A DNA stretch of 64,000 bases from an uncultured bacterium (GCA_964399495.1 CAYNQX010000017.1:11591-75590), one strand, 5' to 3'; shown: positions 41,901-52,847, numbered from the stretch's first letter. The notes: a model not told the origin generated them from the sequence alone. Numbers and translations are program-made.

Positions 41901-43235
41901 ATGGGAACCCGACTTCGCTTCGCATCGCGCATCACCCGCTGGCCGCGGGAGGGCTACGCCCTGCTCACCGCCATGATCTTCGCGCTCGTCATCACCCTGG
42001 CCGGGTTGGCCTTCTTCAGCATCGCCACCTACGAGACGCGCAGCTCGATCAACGCCCATCGCTCGCAGCAGGCCTTCCATATCGCCGACGGCGCCATCGA
42101 ACGCGCCAGGGCCATGCTGCTCGATGACATCACCTGGCAGGCCGGCTGGACCGCCGAAGCCCTGGGCCAGGGAGAGTTCGATCTCACCGTCACGCCGACC
42201 ACCCACCTCGGCCAGCCCGCCCTGAACATGGTGGCCGAAGGCCGGATCGCGAACGCCGCGCGCAGCATCGAGGCGGTGGTGCGCGCCACGCCGAGCGCAT
42301 TCGGCCTGAACGTCCTGGTGGCTGGAGACGCCGACGTGAACGGAAACCTCTGCCTCACCGGCGCGGTGCACGTGGGCGGCGACGGCGATTTCGGCCCCGG
42401 CGACGTCCACCTGGCCTGCGGCGAATACACGGAGGGGTTCGAGGTGTCCCCGCCCCCGGTCCGCACGGAAGCGGGTCAGTACCCCGACGCCACCTACTAC
42501 GAGGTCCGGGGCACGAAGATCGGCAACCAGTATCAGGCCCGCATCTTCGACGGCAACGGCGTCGACATCACCTCCGCCCTGGGCGACAGCCTCGTGGGCG
42601 TGACCTCCTATCACAACGGCTCGAAGAGCTTCACCTTCGACTTCGGCAACAACGCCACCATCCGGAACTACTTCGACGAATCCACCGGCATCTTCCGGCG
42701 GGCGCCCGGCGACCTGGGCGTGGTCGTCAACTTCGGCAGCCCGCCGGTGACGGATCCGCCCGGCATCCTGGGCGTGAGCAACGTCATCCTGGACGGCAAC
42801 GCATCGACCACGGTCACCAGCACCCTCATCAACACACGCTTCACCGGCATCACGGCGGAGCAGCGCCTCGATGCTGCCTTCTGGCAGGGCGGACTGACGA
42901 CGGTGAAGCAGATCACCTTCGAGCCGAGCATGGGCATCGCGCTCATCACCAAGGAGTTCATGAAGTCCGGCGGCTCGCAGGTGGATATCGGCACCTCGGA
43001 CTATCCCGCCCTCGTCTACACCACGGGAGACGTGGTCTCCCTGAACTCGAACTTCGAGCTCTCCGGCAGCCTGATCTGCCTGGGAGACTGGAACAGCTCC
43101 GGGGGTCCGAATCTGTTCTTCGACCCGAGTTTCCAGGCCAACCTGCCCGGCTACCTCGCGTCCTCCTGGAACGCGGGCGTGTCGGGCACCATGCACATTC
43201 TCTCCTGGCGCGAGATCGCCAGCGCGGGGAACTGA
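41901..43235 (+). CDS. PilX-like pilus assembly protein (PilX_N domain)
   Basis: EGYALLTAMIFALVITLAGLAFFSIATYETRSS is typical of the PilX N-terminus. Confidence 0.6.
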   Translation: MGTRLRFASRITRWPREGYALLTAMIFALVITLAGLAFFSIATYETRSSINAHRSQQAFHIADGAIERARAMLLDDITWQAGWTAEALGQGEFDLTVTPTTHLGQPALNMVAEGRIANAARSIEAVVRATPSAFGLNVLVAGDADVNGNLCLTGAVHVGGDGDFGPGDVHLACGEYTEGFEVSPPPVRTEAGQYPDATYYEVRGTKIGNQYQARIFDGNGVDITSALGDSLVGVTSYHNGSKSFTFDFGNNATIRNYFDESTGIFRRAPGDLGVVVNFGSPPVTDPPGILGVSNVILDGNASTTVTSTLINTRFTGITAEQRLDAAFWQGGLTTVKQITFEPSMGIALITKEFMKSGGSQVDIGTSDYPALVYTTGDVVSLNSNFELSGSLICLGDWNSSGGPNLFFDPSFQANLPGYLASSWNAGVSGTMHILSWREIASAGN

Positions 43236-43247
43236 CGGGAGGAACCG

Positions 43248-44201
43248 TTGCGCGGTTCACGAAACATCAGGACGGGCATCGACATCGGGTCGCACAGCGT
43301 CAAGCTGGTGCGCGGCCTCGGCGACCGCGGCCTCGAATCCCTCACCCACCACGGCATCGAGACCTGGGAGGGCGGACGCGACGTCGATCGCGCCGCCGCC
43401 GCGCTCGCATCGCTCATGGAGCGCCTGGAGCTCGACCGACGCAAGCTCGGCCGCCTGGCCACGGCCGTCGACGGCTGGGACGGCAGCTGCCGGGAGGTAG
43501 TGACTCAGGCTCTCGAGGACGAGGAGTTCGCGCGCGCGCTTCCCTACGAGGCCAGGCGGCACCTGAATCTCGAGGGCATGGAGCACCCGGTGATCGCGGG
43601 CCAGGTTCTGGGCCCCGTGGTCGGCGGTCAGGCCGAGGAGGGCAATCGCAACCGCGTGCTGTTGGCCGCCGTGCCGAGGGCCCGCAGGGAGTACGCGCTC
43701 TCGGTGCTCGAACGGATCGGGCTCGAGCCCGAGCTGGTCGATCTCGAGCCGCTGGCGGGACTCAACGCGCTCTTCGCCTCGGGCATCGAGGACGATGGGG
43801 GCAAGGAGGCCATCGGCCTCCTCGATCTCGGCGCGGGGGCCGTCGGCTTCGCCGTGGGTTGCCGCAGCGGCGGCCTGATGAGCCGGGTCGTGGGTTCCGG
43901 TCTCGGGGGGCTGTCGGAGCCCGAGCGTCAGACCTTCATCGCGGCGCTCGTGGATCGCGTCGCGGAGACGATCACCTACTTCCGGGGCCGCTTTCACCGC
44001 AAGGTGCGGTCCGTCGTCCTGTCCGGCAACGGAGCCGGGCTGACCGAGCTCGTGGACAACCTGTCGACCGCGCTGGACTGCGGGGTGCAGGTCGCCGATC
44101 CGCTCGCGCCCTTCGGGTTCGTCCCCGACACCGAGGGCGAGGGCGCGCTCTACGTCACCGCCTGCGGTCTGTGTCAGCGGGGAGGCGCCGCGAATGTATG
44201 A
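43248..44201 (+). CDS. pilM: Type IV pilus assembly protein PilM (actin-like ATPase fold)
   Basis: GIDIGSHSVKLV ... GLLDLGAG ... VVLSGNGAGL; TTG start. Confidence 0.8.
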   Translation: MRGSRNIRTGIDIGSHSVKLVRGLGDRGLESLTHHGIETWEGGRDVDRAAAALASLMERLELDRRKLGRLATAVDGWDGSCREVVTQALEDEEFARALPYEARRHLNLEGMEHPVIAGQVLGPVVGGQAEEGNRNRVLLAAVPRARREYALSVLERIGLEPELVDLEPLAGLNALFASGIEDDGGKEAIGLLDLGAGAVGFAVGCRSGGLMSRVVGSGLGGLSEPERQTFIAALVDRVAETITYFRGRFHRKVRSVVLSGNGAGLTELVDNLSTALDCGVQVADPLAPFGFVPDTEGEGALYVTACGLCQRGGAANV

Positions 44202-44751
44202 GATCAACCTCTACCCCGAGTACGAGCGCAAGCTGAGGGAGTCCCGCCACCAGCGGATCCATGGGGCGATCTTCGGCGCGAGCTTCGGCGTCTCGGCGCT
44301 GATTCTCCTCGTTCTGTTCCTGAGCTCCCACCTGCTTCGCGAGCGCGTGGAGATTCTGCGCGAGTCTACCGCCAGGATGGCCGCGCTCGTCGAGGGCAGC
44401 GCGCAGAACGAGCCCGAACTGCCCGCGGCCAAGGAGCTCCTGAGGCTCCGCCAGCGGAGGATCGACTGGTCGCCCAAGCTTGCGGCACTGGCCGAGGTCA
44501 CGGATCCCACCATCACGCTGACCCGCGTGGACGGGCGACTGCCGGCCAAGGGAATCTCCGCCTCCCTCGAACTGATGGGCGAGCTGGGACCCAGGGCCAC
44601 GCATCTCGAACAGGTCTCCGCGTTCATGAACTCATTGGCCAGCGACCAGCGCGTCTCGCTGCAGTTGCCCGCCGTCGAACTCGGCAACCTCAAGGGTTCA
44701 GAGGACGGACGGTTCATGGTCACCTGCGCCCCCGGCGAAGGGGGTTCCTGA
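44194..44751 (+). CDS. pilN: PilN
   Basis: EINLYPEY followed by a TM segment (PilN N-terminal signature). Confidence 0.7.
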   Translation: MYEINLYPEYERKLRESRHQRIHGAIFGASFGVSALILLVLFLSSHLLRERVEILRESTARMAALVEGSAQNEPELPAAKELLRLRQRRIDWSPKLAALAEVTDPTITLTRVDGRLPAKGISASLELMGELGPRATHLEQVSAFMNSLASDQRVSLQLPAVELGNLKGSEDGRFMVTCAPGEGGS

Positions 44752-45281
44752 TGAATCCGCTCGGCAAGGACAGGCTGCTCTTCGCGGGAACGGGCCTGCT
44801 GCTGCTTCTGGGTCTCGTCGTCGATCTGGCCCTGAACCAGCCGGCGGTCAAGGAGATCCGCCGACTGGAGGCCTATCAGGGGCAACTCATGGGCCAGATG
44901 GCCCAACTCGGCGACCAGCACCATTCGAATCGTGACCTGGCGAAAGCGCTCAAGATCAGCACCCTCGCCGACCTCTCCTCGGAGGGCATGAACGAGGACC
45001 CGGTAGCCTACATCGGCCGATTGCTGGAGCGGTCCGGACTCGAGCGCCTGGAGCTGACGGCCCGGGGCGTCGCCGAAACCGATGTCCTGCGCCTTCATCG
45101 ATTCACGCTGCGAACCCTCGGCGGGTACTCGGCCGTGCAGGGATTCGTGCGCGACCTGGAACTCGGAGAACGACTGGCGACGGTGGACGCGTTCAGCATC
45201 GAAGGCACGGACCGCAGGGAGCGGCTGGAAGGCCGATTCAACCTGACCCTCTACAGCATGATCTCGAAGGGGACGCCATGA
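44751..45281 (+). CDS. pilO: PilO
   Basis: N-terminal TM segment and coiled coil, at the conserved position between pilN and pilP. Confidence 0.6.
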   Translation: MNPLGKDRLLFAGTGLLLLLGLVVDLALNQPAVKEIRRLEAYQGQLMGQMAQLGDQHHSNRDLAKALKISTLADLSSEGMNEDPVAYIGRLLERSGLERLELTARGVAETDVLRLHRFTLRTLGGYSAVQGFVRDLELGERLATVDAFSIEGTDRRERLEGRFNLTLYSMISKGTP

Positions 45282-45775
45282 AGCAGAAGACGCACGGCGA
45301 CCGCTTCTTCTGGCTGGGCTGCGGTCTGGTGGGAATCGTCCTGCTGATCCTCGTGTTCCGCTGCGAGCGCGCCGTCACATCGGTGGTCAGCACGCACTCC
45401 GCCGCGGAGCAGCAGGCGCTTGCGCCCGCCTCCAGCGGAGGAACGATCTACGCCATGGTGGCGATGAAGGACAGCCTCATCGCCAGCGCGGGATCCGTGG
45501 AGAGGGATCCCTTCCTGGTGGTCGAGGCGCCGAAACCGAAGCCGGCGCCACGCAAGGCCAGACCGGCCAAGAAACGTCGACTTCCCGCACCTCCGCGGTT
45601 AACGGCGATCCTGTTCGAGGAAGCCGATCCCATGGTGAAGATCACCGTGGGCTCCACCGTCTCGGGCTGGCTGAGAAACGGAGAAGTCTACAAGGGCTGG
45701 ACGATCGTGAAGATCGAGGAGACGACCGTCGAGGTCCACGACAAACACCGCACTGTGAACCTCAGTGCACGTTAG
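45278..45775 (+). CDS. pilP: PilP-like lipoprotein
   Basis: N-terminal membrane anchor, proline/lysine-rich linker, C-terminal beta domain; assigned mainly by position. Confidence 0.5.
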   Translation: MKQKTHGDRFFWLGCGLVGIVLLILVFRCERAVTSVVSTHSAAEQQALAPASSGGTIYAMVAMKDSLIASAGSVERDPFLVVEAPKPKPAPRKARPAKKRRLPAPPRLTAILFEEADPMVKITVGSTVSGWLRNGEVYKGWTIVKIEETTVEVHDKHRTVNLSAR

Positions 45776-45786
45776 GAGGGCAAGAA

Positions 45787-47097
45787 ATGAAATCTCTGCG
45801 CGATAGGGGACGTCATGCCGCCACCACGGCGCTGGCGATCGGTTTGACCCTGGCGGTGCTGCCGCTGTGGGTCTCGGCGTCGGACGCGACCGAACCCGGA
45901 CTGATCTCCCTGCACGCCAACAATACCCAGGTGAGCGAGATCCTGGAGATCCTGGCCGACCGCAGCGGGCTGAATATCGTGGCCGGTCCGGCGATCCAGA
46001 ATCAGATGATCTCGATCCGGCTCCAGGACACTCCCTTCGAGGAGGCGTTGAACCTGGTGGTGAGGACCATGGGCCTCGGTTACGAGCGGGTGGGCAACTC
46101 GATTCTCGTTACCGACATCCAGTCGCTCGCCGTCAAGACCGGTTTGATCGTCCGCATCTTCGACCTGCAATTCGCCTCCGCGACGAAGGTCGCCGAGATC
46201 CTCGAGATCCTCAGCCGCGACGTCTCCGCGGAAGCCAAGGGCAACCACGTCATCTTCCGCGGCCCCCAGGCGGCGATCCAGCAGGCCGAGGTCATCGTGG
46301 CGCAGCTCGACCGGAAACCCGGCCAGGTGATTCTCGAGGCGCGCCTGATCGAGGTGAACACCACGGCGCTGCTCGAAGCCGGTATCGACTGGGAGTCGAT
46401 CACCGACTGGAGCACCATCATCACCGAGGGCGACCACGGAGCCTCTCCGAAGGGCACCTTCCCCACGGAGATCGCCTACGGCCCCGTCGATGACGGAGTG
46501 CAGCTTCACCGGCAGCTCACGGCTTTCGAACTGGCCGTCGAGGCCCTGATCGCCGACGGCAACGCGCGCCTGCTCTCCAACACGAAGGTCGTGACCCTCG
46601 ACGGTGAACCGGCCGAGATCTTCGCGGGCGACACCGTGCCCGTGGTCATCTCCTCCGTGCAGTCGCCGCAGTCGGCCGGCGCGTCGTTCCAGACCGTCCA
46701 GGTCGAGAAGATCGACGTGGGCGTGCGCCTCGCGATCACGCCGCGCATCAGCGACGACGGCACGGTCACGATGCTCGTCGAGCCCGAGGTCTCCCGCATC
46801 GTCGGCTACGTCGGCCAGTACGAGGATCTGCCCCAGACCTCCACCCGTCGGGCGCGCACCCTGCTGCGCACCGGAGACGGCGAGAAGATCTACATGGGCG
46901 GGCTGATCATCGACGAGGAGCGGGAGACCATCCGAAAGGTGCCCCTGCTCGGCGACATTCCCGTTCTGGGCCACCTGTTCCGTCACGTGAAGCGCGACGT
47001 GAATCGCTTCGACCTGGTCATCGAGATCACCCCGAAGATCGTCGGCGACATGGGCAGCCTGCTGCCCGTGGCTCCCGATATCCTCGGTGGAGAATGA
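45787..47097 (+). CDS. pilQ: PilQ secretin (short form lacking AMIN domains)
   Basis: Secretin domain (VVTLDGEPAEIFAGDTVPV...GGLIIDEE...VPLLGDIPVLGHLF) with a signal peptide. Confidence 0.8.
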   Translation: MKSLRDRGRHAATTALAIGLTLAVLPLWVSASDATEPGLISLHANNTQVSEILEILADRSGLNIVAGPAIQNQMISIRLQDTPFEEALNLVVRTMGLGYERVGNSILVTDIQSLAVKTGLIVRIFDLQFASATKVAEILEILSRDVSAEAKGNHVIFRGPQAAIQQAEVIVAQLDRKPGQVILEARLIEVNTTALLEAGIDWESITDWSTIITEGDHGASPKGTFPTEIAYGPVDDGVQLHRQLTAFELAVEALIADGNARLLSNTKVVTLDGEPAEIFAGDTVPVVISSVQSPQSAGASFQTVQVEKIDVGVRLAITPRISDDGTVTMLVEPEVSRIVGYVGQYEDLPQTSTRRARTLLRTGDGEKIYMGGLIIDEERETIRKVPLLGDIPVLGHLFRHVKRDVNRFDLVIEITPKIVGDMGSLLPVAPDILGGE

Positions 47098-47146
47098 GCC
47101 GACCCGGACGATCGCGTCCGGCCCGGCCAAGGAAGGAAGCACAGGC

Positions 47147-48214
47147 ATGAAGATCGACGACATTCTACGTGAAAGCGTGCGCCAGGACGCCTCGGACATC
47201 ATCATCTCCGCGGGCGCGCCGGTCACCTATCACGTGCACGGCGCGCTGGTGCAGTACGAGCCGGGGAACATCCTCTCGCCGGAGATGAGCCGGGATCTGG
47301 TGTACAGCCTGCTCGACGAGAAGCAGAGACGCCAGTTCGAGGAAGACCTCGAACTCGACATGTCCTACGAGATGGAGCACGTGGCGCGATTCCGCCTGGC
47401 GGTGTACCACCAGCGAGGCACCATCGCGGCGGTGCTGCGGGTGATTCCCATCCAGATCCCCCACTACACCGACGTCGGGCTCAGCACCAACCTGATGAGC
47501 CGGCTGGCGCATATCCCCAACGGACTCGTCCTGGTGACGGGCCCCACGGGCGCCGGCAAGTCCACGACCATCGCGAGCTGGCTCCAGTACCTGAACACCG
47601 AAGGCGAGCGGGCGAAGCACATCATCACCATCGAGGACCCGGTCGAGTACGACTTCGACTCGGAGGTCTGCGTCATCGACCAGCGGGAGCTGGGCACCGA
47701 CACGAAGAGCTACGTCGCGGGGTTGAGGAGCGCCCTCCGCCAGATGCCCCACATCATCTTCGTCGGCGAGATGCGCGACCGCGAGACGATGGAGGTGGCC
47801 CCGACGGCCGCCGAGACGGGCAACCTCGTCATCAGCACGCTCTCGACCCAGTCGTCGGCGAAGACGATCAATCGCATCATCGACGTCTTCCCCCTGAACG
47901 ACCAGGCGGAGATACGCACACGGCTCGCCCTCAGCCTCCGCTGCGTCATCTCCCAGGTGCTGCTCGGCCGACAGGACGAGCCCGGCCGCGTCGCGGCGCG
48001 GGAACTCCTGTTCGTGACGAACTCGGTGGCCAATCTCATCCGTGAGGGAAAGATCCATCAGATCAACAACGTCATTTCCAGCAGCGCGAAGGACGGAATG
48101 GTTCTCCTGGACGACTCGATGATCGAGCTCCAGCGCCTGGGCTTCGTGGCCCGGGCGGACATCCTCCCTCGCTTCCAGGACGCGGACAAGGCCCGCACCC
48201 TGCTGGAGGTTTGA
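47147..48214 (+). CDS. pilT: Twitching-motility retraction ATPase PilT
   Basis: Walker A GPTGAGKST and the PilT-specific AIRNLIRE-like motif VANLIREGKIHQI. Start at MKIDDIL with a GGAAGGA RBS. Confidence 0.9.
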   Translation: MKIDDILRESVRQDASDIIISAGAPVTYHVHGALVQYEPGNILSPEMSRDLVYSLLDEKQRRQFEEDLELDMSYEMEHVARFRLAVYHQRGTIAAVLRVIPIQIPHYTDVGLSTNLMSRLAHIPNGLVLVTGPTGAGKSTTIASWLQYLNTEGERAKHIITIEDPVEYDFDSEVCVIDQRELGTDTKSYVAGLRSALRQMPHIIFVGEMRDRETMEVAPTAAETGNLVISTLSTQSSAKTINRIIDVFPLNDQAEIRTRLALSLRCVISQVLLGRQDEPGRVAARELLFVTNSVANLIREGKIHQINNVISSSAKDGMVLLDDSMIELQRLGFVARADILPRFQDADKARTLLEV

Positions 48215-48235
48215 ACACTTCGACGAGGTGAAGCC

Positions 48236-48967
48236 ATGCTGGCGAATTTCAAGAAACGATATCAGGTGAAGTCGTTCATCCGTTCCTGGCTGGAATATCG
48301 GGCCATCGTGACCCAGGCCATGCAGGATACGGTGACGACGCCGGAGGCGGAGATGCGCTTCCTCAAGCTCAAGGGACGCCTGGCGACGCAGCTGCAGGTG
48401 CTGGCCGAGTCGGCTCCGCCCTCGCTGGCCGCCGAGAATCACCAGGCCTATCGCGAGATCACCGCGATGTTGAGCGCGCAGCGAAGCGTGACGGGCGACG
48501 AAAGCCGCAAGGAGTTCGACGAGGAGGAGTTCGTGCGCACCTGGCACGAGCACTACATCTTCCTGAACAAGCTCCTGGGGGCGCTCCGGATGCAGCGCGA
48601 GGCGGACCACCGCCCCCTGCCCGACGCCCTGCCGACCTGGATGGGCAAGAAGCGGGGACGCTTCCTGTTCAGGCTGGGCAGCCCCGTTCGCAACCTGCTC
48701 GTGGCCGCGGTGCTGATCACCGTGGTCGCCCTGCTCGGCCTGGGCCTCGCGACGCGCTGGGACCCCGGACACGGCCACTTCGTCGCGAAGAGCGACTCCC
48801 CGGTGGCCGAGGCCTACACCGCCGCCTTCAACAGCACCTACGATCTCTGGCAGGGCGTGGTCGGACTCATGGATCCCGTCGTCACGACCTACGGCGCGGC
48901 ATGGACGATGACGCTGCTCATCCTGCTCGCGGCGAGCAGCACGTTCTATCTGATTCTCAAGGTCTAA
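48236..48967 (+). CDS. Hypothetical membrane-anchored protein at the end of the pilus operon
   Basis: 243 aa; soluble N-terminal region, two C-terminal TM segments; no recognisable family. Confidence 0.4.
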   Translation: MLANFKKRYQVKSFIRSWLEYRAIVTQAMQDTVTTPEAEMRFLKLKGRLATQLQVLAESAPPSLAAENHQAYREITAMLSAQRSVTGDESRKEFDEEEFVRTWHEHYIFLNKLLGALRMQREADHRPLPDALPTWMGKKRGRFLFRLGSPVRNLLVAAVLITVVALLGLGLATRWDPGHGHFVAKSDSPVAEAYTAAFNSTYDLWQGVVGLMDPVVTTYGAAWTMTLLILLAASSTFYLILKV

Positions 48968-49043
48968 CCGAGATCCCGGTCGGGATCTCGGGAGGATACG
49001 GGCGCACGACGGATTCCGCCGCGCGCCCGTTTTCCGTTCCGGT

Positions 49044-49190
49044 TCAGCCCGTCTTCTTCTCGGGCAGCGGCCGCACGCTGTTGCTGTGACAGCCCGGGCA
49101 GCTCCGCTCCACCGGTTTCCGGCTGTCGTAGGAACCGGCGTACTCGTGCCCGCAGCGCAGGCAGCGGAAGGTCACCGTCTTCTCAGCCAA
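49044..49190 (-). CDS. Small zinc-ribbon protein (C-x2-C ... C-x2-C), possibly translationally coupled to hdrA
   Basis: ...TFRCLRCGHEY...SCPGCHS... with a TTG or GTG start overlapping the hdrA stop; about 45 aa. Confidence 0.3.
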   Translation of the reverse strand: MAEKTVTFRCLRCGHEYAGSYDSRKPVERSCPGCHSNSVRPLPEKKTG

Positions 49191-51681
49191 GGGGCACCTC
49201 CCTCCTGCTTGACTCGGCCCGGTCCGCGAGCATCTTCGCGCGCTGTTTCTCGCGGCGCTCGTTGATACGCTGGAACTCGGTCGCCACGATCTCCCGCGTC
49301 TCATCGGTCTCCTCGCGCCGGACCGACTTCAGCATCGTCTCGAGCTCCTTCATCACCTTGGCGAACTTGGCGCCCTGGGCGGCGCTGATCCATTCGAGCT
49401 GCAGGCGCTCGGGGCGGATGCCCAGCTTCTCGAGGCGGTTCCACAGCTTCTCGACGCGCTTCTGGGTCCACTGCACCGCGTTGATGTAGTGGCAATCGGC
49501 GAAGTGGCAGCCGCTCACCAGCACCATGCCCGCCCCCTTGCCGAAGGCCTCGAGGACGAAGTCCTCGTCCACGCGGCCGCTGCACATGGTGCGGATGAGC
49601 CGCGAGTGGGCCGGGTACTGGCTGCGGTTCGTGCCGGCCAGGTCGGCGCCCGGATAGGAGCACCAGTTGCAGGCGAAGGTGACCACCTTCTCCCAGGGCT
49701 TCTCCTCGCAGATGGCGTCGATCTGGGCCATGATCTGCTCGTCGGTGTAGTGGCGCATGGCCACCATGTCCGTCGGGCACTCCGCCGCGCAGGTGCCGCA
49801 GCCGGAGCAGGCCGCCTCGATCACCTCGGGGAACCTGCCGGCCTTGCGGTCCGGATCGGTGATGGCGCCGTAGGGGCAGACCTTGCTGCAGATGCCGCAC
49901 TGGGTGCAGAACTCGGTGTCGATGATCGACGTGATCGCCTCGATCTGCACCATGCCCGCGTTCAGCAGGATGCTGGCGCGGCTGGCCGCGGCTCCGGCCT
50001 GGGTGACCGAGTCCTTCACGTCCTTGGGGAACTCGTTGCAGCCGGCGAAGAAAACGCCCCGCGTGGGCGCGTCCACCGGTTTGAGCTTCGGATGGCTCTC
50101 CATGTAGAAGCCGTCGGAGGTGTTGCTCAGGTTGAGCAGCTTCTTCACGATGCCGCCGTCCCGCCGCGGAATCATGCCGCAGGCCAGCACCACCATGTCG
50201 AGTTCGTACTTGCCGAGCGCGTTGGTGGCCGTGTTCTCCACGTCGAGCCACAGGTTCCCCGTGTTCGGATCCTCCCTCACCTCGCCGGGCAGGCCGCGCA
50301 CGTAGCGCACACCCTCCTCCTTGCTGCGGCGGTAGAGGTCCTCGAAGCCCTTGCCGAAGGCGCGCATATCCATGTAGAACACCGTGCTCTCGACATCGGG
50401 GTAGTGGTCGGCGAGCAGCAGCGTGCTCTTGACCGTGTTCATGCAGCAGATGTTGCTGCAGTAGGGGTTGCCCTTCTCACTGAGGGAACGGGAGCCGACG
50501 CACTGGATGAAGCCGATGCGCAGCGGCCGCTCCATGTCGCCCGGCCGCACGAAGTGACCCTCGGTGGGTCCGCCGGCGCAGATGAGCCGCTCGAACTCCA
50601 TGCTCGTGATCACGTTGGGAAAACGCGTGTAGCCGTACTCGTCGTACTCGGTGGGGTCGTACACCTCCGCCCCCGTCGCCACGACCACCGCCCCCACCTC
50701 CACGTTCACGAACTCGTCCTTGGCGTCGTAGTCGATGCAGCGTTTCTCGCACACCTCCTTGCACTTGCCGCAGGCGATCGGGTTGTTGCCGAGGCAGGCG
50801 TCCATGTCGATGAGGAAGCTCGACGGCACCGCCTGCGGGAAGGGCATGTAGATCGCCTTGCGGCTGGAGAAGCCCTGCTGGTAGGCGTCGGGCACCGCGA
50901 CCGGGCACACCTCGGCGCAATCCCCGCAGGCGTTGCAGGCGGTCTCGTCGACGTACTTCGCCCGCCTGCGCACGGTCACGTGGAAGTTGCCCACGAAACC
51001 CGTGACGTTCTCGACCTCGCTATTCGTGAAGAGCTGAATCCGGGGATGTCGACCGACATCCATCATTTTGGGTCCCAGGATTCATATAGAGCAGTCCATC
51101 GTCGGGTAGGTCTTGTCCAGTGCGGCCATGACCCCGCCGATGCTCGCCTCCTTCTCCACGAGATAGACCTGATGGCCCGCGTCGGCCAGATCCAGCGCGG
51201 ACTGGATGCCGGCCACTCCACCGCCGATCACCAGCGCCGCCTTCGTCACCGGCACGCGGGTCTCGGTCTGGGGCTCCAGAAGACGAACGCGGGCGACGCC
51301 CGAGGCCACCAGATCCTTGGCCTTCTGCGTGGCGTCCTCCTTCTGGTCCTGATGCACCCAGCTCACGTGCTCCCGGATGTTCACCATCTCCAGGAGGTAG
51401 GGATTGAGCCCCGCTTCGGAGAGACAGTTCCGGAAGGTGGGCTCGTGGATCTTGGGCGTGCACGACGCCACCACGACGCGGTTGAGCTTGTACTCCTCGA
51501 TCGCGGACTGGATCTCCATCTGACCCGGATCCGCGCAGGTGTACTTGCTCTGCTTCACCACCACCACGTCGGGCAGGGTGGCGGCGAACTCGCTCACCGC
51601 TCCGCAGTCCACCGTGCCGGCGATGTTCTTTCCGCATTCGCAGACGAACACGCCGACGCTGAGATCTCGCATCTTCACCAC
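49183..51681 (-). CDS. hdrA: Heterodisulfide reductase subunit A-MvhD fusion; putative selenoprotein (in-frame TGA at 51082-51084)
   Basis: The N-terminal fragment (51082-51681) has the FAD motif [21 protein letters not shown] and stops as ...TYPTMDCSI[TGA]ILGPKMMDV. The downstream fragment (49183-51066) continues in the same frame. The TGA sits where HdrA homologues have DCSxCILxPK. The C-terminus carries ferredoxin clusters and an MvhD domain ([13 protein letters not shown]...). Confidence 0.8.
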
Positions 51682-52847
51682 GGGTTCTCACCTCCATCCA
51701 TGGCCTCGGCCGCAACCGTCGCAAGGTCGCGGACCTTGAGGCCTTTCAGTTCATCGTCCGCGTCGCCCTCCTGGGCGCAGCGGAAATGGAGCTGGCACTT
51801 GGGGCAGGCGGTGACGAGGGTCTCGGCCCCCCGCTCCACCGCCTCCTTGAGTCTTGTCTCCTGCAAATGTCGGCTCACCGCGTCGCAGTGCAGCCAGCCG
51901 TTGGTTCCGCAGCAGGGCGCCTCCTCGCCGTGCCGCTCGAACTCGCGAAAATCGTCACCGTAGATCCTGTTCAGCACGGCGCGCGCCGCGTCGCCGGCTC
52001 GGAGCTGGCGGCTCAGGCGGCAGGAGTCGTGGAAGCTCACCGTTTCCGCCAGAGGTCTCAGGCTCAGCTCACCGGTCTCGAGTTTGCCCGCCAGGTACTC
52101 GCTGAGGTGCATGACCTCGACGTCCAGCGAGACGCCGAGCGTGGGGTAGACGTCGCGGAGCATGTGCGCGCACTCGGGGCAGGAGGCCACGAGACGGGTC
52201 GCGCCCGTGGCGGCGATCGACTCGGCGTTGCGGCGGGCCAGCTCGGCGGCGGTGGCCTCGTCGCCGCTCCAGTAGAGGTCGTGTCCGCAGCAGCGTTCGC
52301 GGGACATCAACGCCGGCGTCTCGCCGAGGCCGGACAGCAGACGCAGGCTGCTTCTCGCGATCGCGCTGCTGTCGGACTCGAGGTGCGTGAAGTAGGCGTC
52401 GAAGAAAGGCAAGCAGCCGCTGAAGTAGACGAGATCCCCCGTCTCGGCCGCGGGCGCGCCCTTCGGCACCCAGTCGAGCCGACGCTGACCCTTGCCGTCC
52501 CGCGCCATCAGCCGGTGCAGGCTCTCGAGGGCGCCGCCGTGAGAGCAGGGAAAGGGAGTACCGGCGCCCGCAAACTCCTCGCCGCGGCTAAGGCGAGCGA
52601 AGCCGTTGTAGTCCACGTCCGAGGGGCAACGACGCGTGCAGAGCCCGCAGGTCAGACACTGTGCGAGTCGATGGGGAGCCTTCTCCGCCGCCTCGCCGCG
52701 GTCCGCCTGTCCGCTCACCCGGGTGTAGACCAGCAGGCGCGGCGAGAAGTTCTCGTCGTGAAGGGCCACGGGACAGACCGCGGTGCACTTGCCGCAATCG
52801 AGGCAGTAGTAGGCGCGGCTTTCGCGGATACTCGGCGCGAGGCTCAC
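51675..52847 (-). CDS. HdrD/HdrCB-like subunit (2x[4Fe-4S] ferredoxin plus two CCG domains)
   Basis: [25 protein letters not shown], then CCG motifs (...CCGHD..., ...CPKCQ...). Confidence 0.75.
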   Translation of the reverse strand: MSLAPSIRESRAYYCLDCGKCTAVCPVALHDENFSPRLLVYTRVSGQADRGEAAEKAPHRLAQCLTCGLCTRRCPSDVDYNGFARLSRGEEFAGAGTPFPCSHGGALESLHRLMARDGKGQRRLDWVPKGAPAAETGDLVYFSGCLPFFDAYFTHLESDSSAIARSSLRLLSGLGETPALMSRERCCGHDLYWSGDEATAAELARRNAESIAATGATRLVASCPECAHMLRDVYPTLGVSLDVEVMHLSEYLAGKLETGELSLRPLAETVSFHDSCRLSRQLRAGDAARAVLNRIYGDDFREFERHGEEAPCCGTNGWLHCDAVSRHLQETRLKEAVERGAETLVTACPKCQLHFRCAQEGDADDELKGLKVRDLATVAAEAMDGGENPW

